From: Chara braunii
Lineage: Eukaryota > Plantae > Charophyceae
DNA: 64,000 nt
Direction: 5' to 3'
NCBI GenBank assembly: GCA_003427395.1
Contig: BFEA01000004.1
Span: 6,861,526 to 6,925,525, forward strand
A model generated the notes under the pieces. That model saw nothing but the letters and a program-made list of their open reading frames with translations, ran no database searches and was not told where the DNA came from. Shown here in pieces: positions 60,896 to 64,000 of the stretch; the first letter of the stretch is position 1, and each line of letters begins with the position of its first letter. Made by a program: the position numbers and the translations under genes.

Positions 60896-63545
60896 CTTCT
60901 CGGGGGAGGAAGGTTTCGGTGCGTGGCCTGACCTTTATTCTTTCTTGTTGGGTAATTGGGTGGTGAGGACGGGCGGGCGGGAAGGAAGGGAGTGGGGGGG
61001 GCCGGGCGTGAAGGGGAGAATACCGCACTGCGCCTTCAGCATCAGGGATTTCTATTCTCCATGCCCCCACTGAAGCTGAGAATTTGCCCCTCGTTGCTAG
61101 TGGTATTGTCCTCCATGCCCCCTTTTTATTGCCCTAGTAGCGAATTCAAAATCGAAAGGACGCGAATTGAACTTCTTGGCCTTCAGCCGTGATTCAGTGG
61201 AGCGAATTGAAAATCGAAAACTAAGAACATACATCAGTGCGATGTCACACATATCCTTTCACGGCGGGGGGCAAGCAGTCCCGTCACACCCTTGGGCGCT
61301 CTTAGTTTTCACTCGGTGCACCCCTTCCAATCGTCAAAGAAAAGGTTTTTCGTCGAAGAAAAGAAAAGGTTTTTCGTCGAAGAAAGAAAGGTCTTCACTG
61401 GTGTTTCCCGTGATGCAAAGCTGTGCCCTCAAGGTTTCGTTTCCCGTTTGAGCGCTGATTCCCCCCAAGGGTTACGGGCAAGGGCTATCATCCCATCAAA
61501 ATAGCCACTATGATCATGCATGGGAAGCACGAGCCTCGCCGTAATAACAGTCACACGTTCGTGCTATCATCCAATCAACATAGCTCTGCCCCTAATACTC
61601 TACATGTCTCCTTCGCTCCCCTACAACGCTGTACAATCAACATAGCTCTCCACAGGAGTCTGCCCCTAATACTCTACATGTCTCCTTACGTGGCGCATAC
61701 TCTGCATGTCACAGCGACCAAGGGACTGCAATGGACAACGCTGTACAATCCCGTCGTAACTGCGGTACACATCCTGACTCCCACGAACCCCTTCTGCCTG
61801 ATGCTCCGTTGCTCCACTCGCACTAATATTAGTCACTATTGGTCCGAATCATCATCATGTTTGCGTCCACTTCCATAAAAACTTAGTATAGGAACACAGA
61901 TGCAGGCGGACGAAGAATACAAGAACCCGTAGTCCTGTCCGTAATAGCTGGTAGTGAGAAGGCATCCCCTAAGAAAGACGGAGGAAGAAAGAGCCTCGAA
62001 GAGGGCCATGCAGAGGGAGAGGCAGAGAGGCAGAGAGGCAGAGAGGCAGAGAGGCAGAGAGGCAGAGAGGCAGAGGGAGAGAGGGAGAGAGGGAGAGAGG
62101 GAGAGAGGGAGAGAGGGAGAGAGGGAGAGAGGGAGAGAGAGAAAGTAAGAGAGGGAGGGAGGGCGGGAGAGGGAAAGAGGGAAAGATTGAGAGCAAAAGA
62201 TAGAAATGAACAGGTCAAGAGAGTTCAAGATCAGGAGCAGGAGGGGAGGGGAGAGAGAAGACGGAGATAGAGAGGGAAATGTGGAGAACGAGACAGAAGG
62301 ATGGGAAAAAGACAAAGGGAGAGCAGGGAGGCAGCGAAAGGCAGAAACGAGGGGGAGCAAGAGAGACTTGGGTAAGAAAGATTGAGGAGGGGTAACACAA
62401 CCACGACATGCAAGACAGGAAGAGACAGAGAGAGAGGGAGAGATGGAAGACTATAAATGAAAGAGCGTGCAAATGAAATCAACACGTGCAGTTAGCGGAT
62501 TCGTCTATTGATCAAGGAATCATCCATTCCAACCTAAGACCTTACAAATTTGAGAACCGTTGGTTCATATAGGACAGATACATCGATAGGTAGATGCATA
62601 CATTTTTCCCTCTATATGGGCAAACTGCTCAAGACTCATACGCACCTATTTAGCTGGCGAGCTCATCGGTCCAAAATAGGACACCACGGCACACAAACTG
62701 GAAAAAGACATGAGAGGTAGGTAATGATCTGATCGGTGCACAAACACATACCATCTCATCATCATCAGATGAAGCGCCTTCATTTCTGACAAAAGAAAGG
62801 ATTGTCTGAAATCAAGGAACCTAAACACCCACTTCGTTGACCCTTAGGGCGTCCTCACACTACGACTTTTCCACTATTGCATTCTCACTACAGATAACAA
62901 TCTGTCCGTCCGCACCGATCCAAGGATCGAACACGCGACCTCCACGTTAAAAGGTAAACACTCAACCAAACGGCTAAGTGGACTGGGGTGAAAGTTAAGC
63001 CCCAAGATGAGTACTTAACCCCACCCCAGCACGGGTACTCGTTTTTCCCCGCGACCCGGTGTACCCAGTCACACACGCGCACCCAACCAGGGTGTGTAGA
63101 CGCAGCCACCATACAATGTACGACCTCACTGCTGGTTGCTACGCAGGTAAGAATTGCCGTCATACTCGTCCGAATATGGCCGTAATGGCAATCAGACACA
63201 TTTCGGAAAGTCCTAGTTTGAGCATTCCCTTACTAGGGTGCTCAGATACACGCGAGGGCCGCCGTTACATGAAGAAGAACCATTGAGCCAATGAACAGTC
63301 CGATCGACGGTGACAATCAAGTCTGCTTTTTTGCTTCTTTTGTTTCCTCGCACGCTGGGTTATCTTTAGAGAGAGAGAGAAGGGGACTTAGTGTATCAAG
63401 GGCGCATACAGCTTTCGTTCGAAATCAGATTGAGAGTGCTCTAGATATTTCATACAGCCAAACAAGCATCAAGAGCATACGGCTTTACCTGAGACTGACC
63501 GTACAGATTGAGAGTGCTCTCGATATTTTTTTATTTTTATTTGTT

Positions 63546-63641
63546 TTTGGACCATTTCTCGATTTATGCGTGTCATCTTTGCGCAGGGGCCATGCTAATC
63601 TACTCTGTATCGTTCCAATTTTAACGTATGTCCCGAAGGAC
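63546..63641 (-). pseudogene. U6: Full-length U6 snRNA retrocopy with A-rich tail and 13 bp TSD
   Basis: Reverse complement GTCCTTCGGGACATACGTTAAAATTGGAACGATACAGAGTAGATTAGCATGGCCCCTGCGCAAAGATGACACGCATAAATCGAGAAATGGTCCAAA; TGCTCTCGATATT at 63515-63527 and 63642-63654; ACAGAGA box mutated. Confidence 0.92.
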
Positions 63642-64000
63642 TGCTCTCGATATTACAAAAAATGACGAGGAAGAGATGAAAGACACGATAGATGACGATA
63701 GCATAATTCCCGTTCCACGACGGTACAGATTGAGCATAGGCGCAAATTCCCGTTCCGCGACTGAATTCCCCCGCCCATATGCTCAAAATGGACAATAGTA
63801 CTCAGATTCAACTTACCGTCAAGGACAGTCTGGACCGCCGCGAACCGTTTATAAAACAGTTCTGCGGACCGATAGACCACGACAAAGCGCTCAGATTCCA
63901 GGGCGGGCAATACATCATCTACCACGACTTGGGATAGTGGAATGACCTCACCGGCGATACGCAGAGAACAGAAAGGGTTCTCTCTCTCTCTCTCTCTCTC

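Noticed and set aside
61836-62011. MALFEALSSS... as the first coding exon of the kinase
   Set aside because: No convincing in-phase donor or family similarity; the start codon is left unresolved.
63653-63960. Short ORFs at the window end
   Set aside because: No recognisable domain and the context is cut by the window edge.

Overview
Eukaryotic nuclear DNA, rich in repeats and microsatellites, with several N gaps. Plant-type U6 snRNA, an NPK1/ANP-type kinase, a chromodomain Ty3/Gypsy fragment and very long TE-filled introns suggest a streptophyte such as a Chara-like alga (inference). The only supported cellular gene is a minus-strand NPK1/ANP-family MAPKKK spanning at least 23629-52396 and probably to 60135 or beyond, with about 15-17 phase-compatible GT-AG exons. 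Three things stand out. (1) Eight U6 snRNA-derived copies lie in 64 kb, several with 13-18 bp target-site duplications and A tails, so U6 behaves like a SINE. (2) There are two hammerhead-ribozyme motifs inside short repeats: a complete type III at 7866-7923 in a (TA)n-inserted element, and a 5'-truncated Penelope-style type I at 21806-21853. (3) A hairpin-dense sequence is fused exactly to the catalytic 3' half of U6 at the window start. Also present are tRNA-headed SINEs (one nested in another), three MITE families, a 1.2 kb inverted repeat carrying an LSU rRNA fragment, and a degenerate Gypsy integrase-chromodomain. All calls were made by eye; no searches or folding programs were run.
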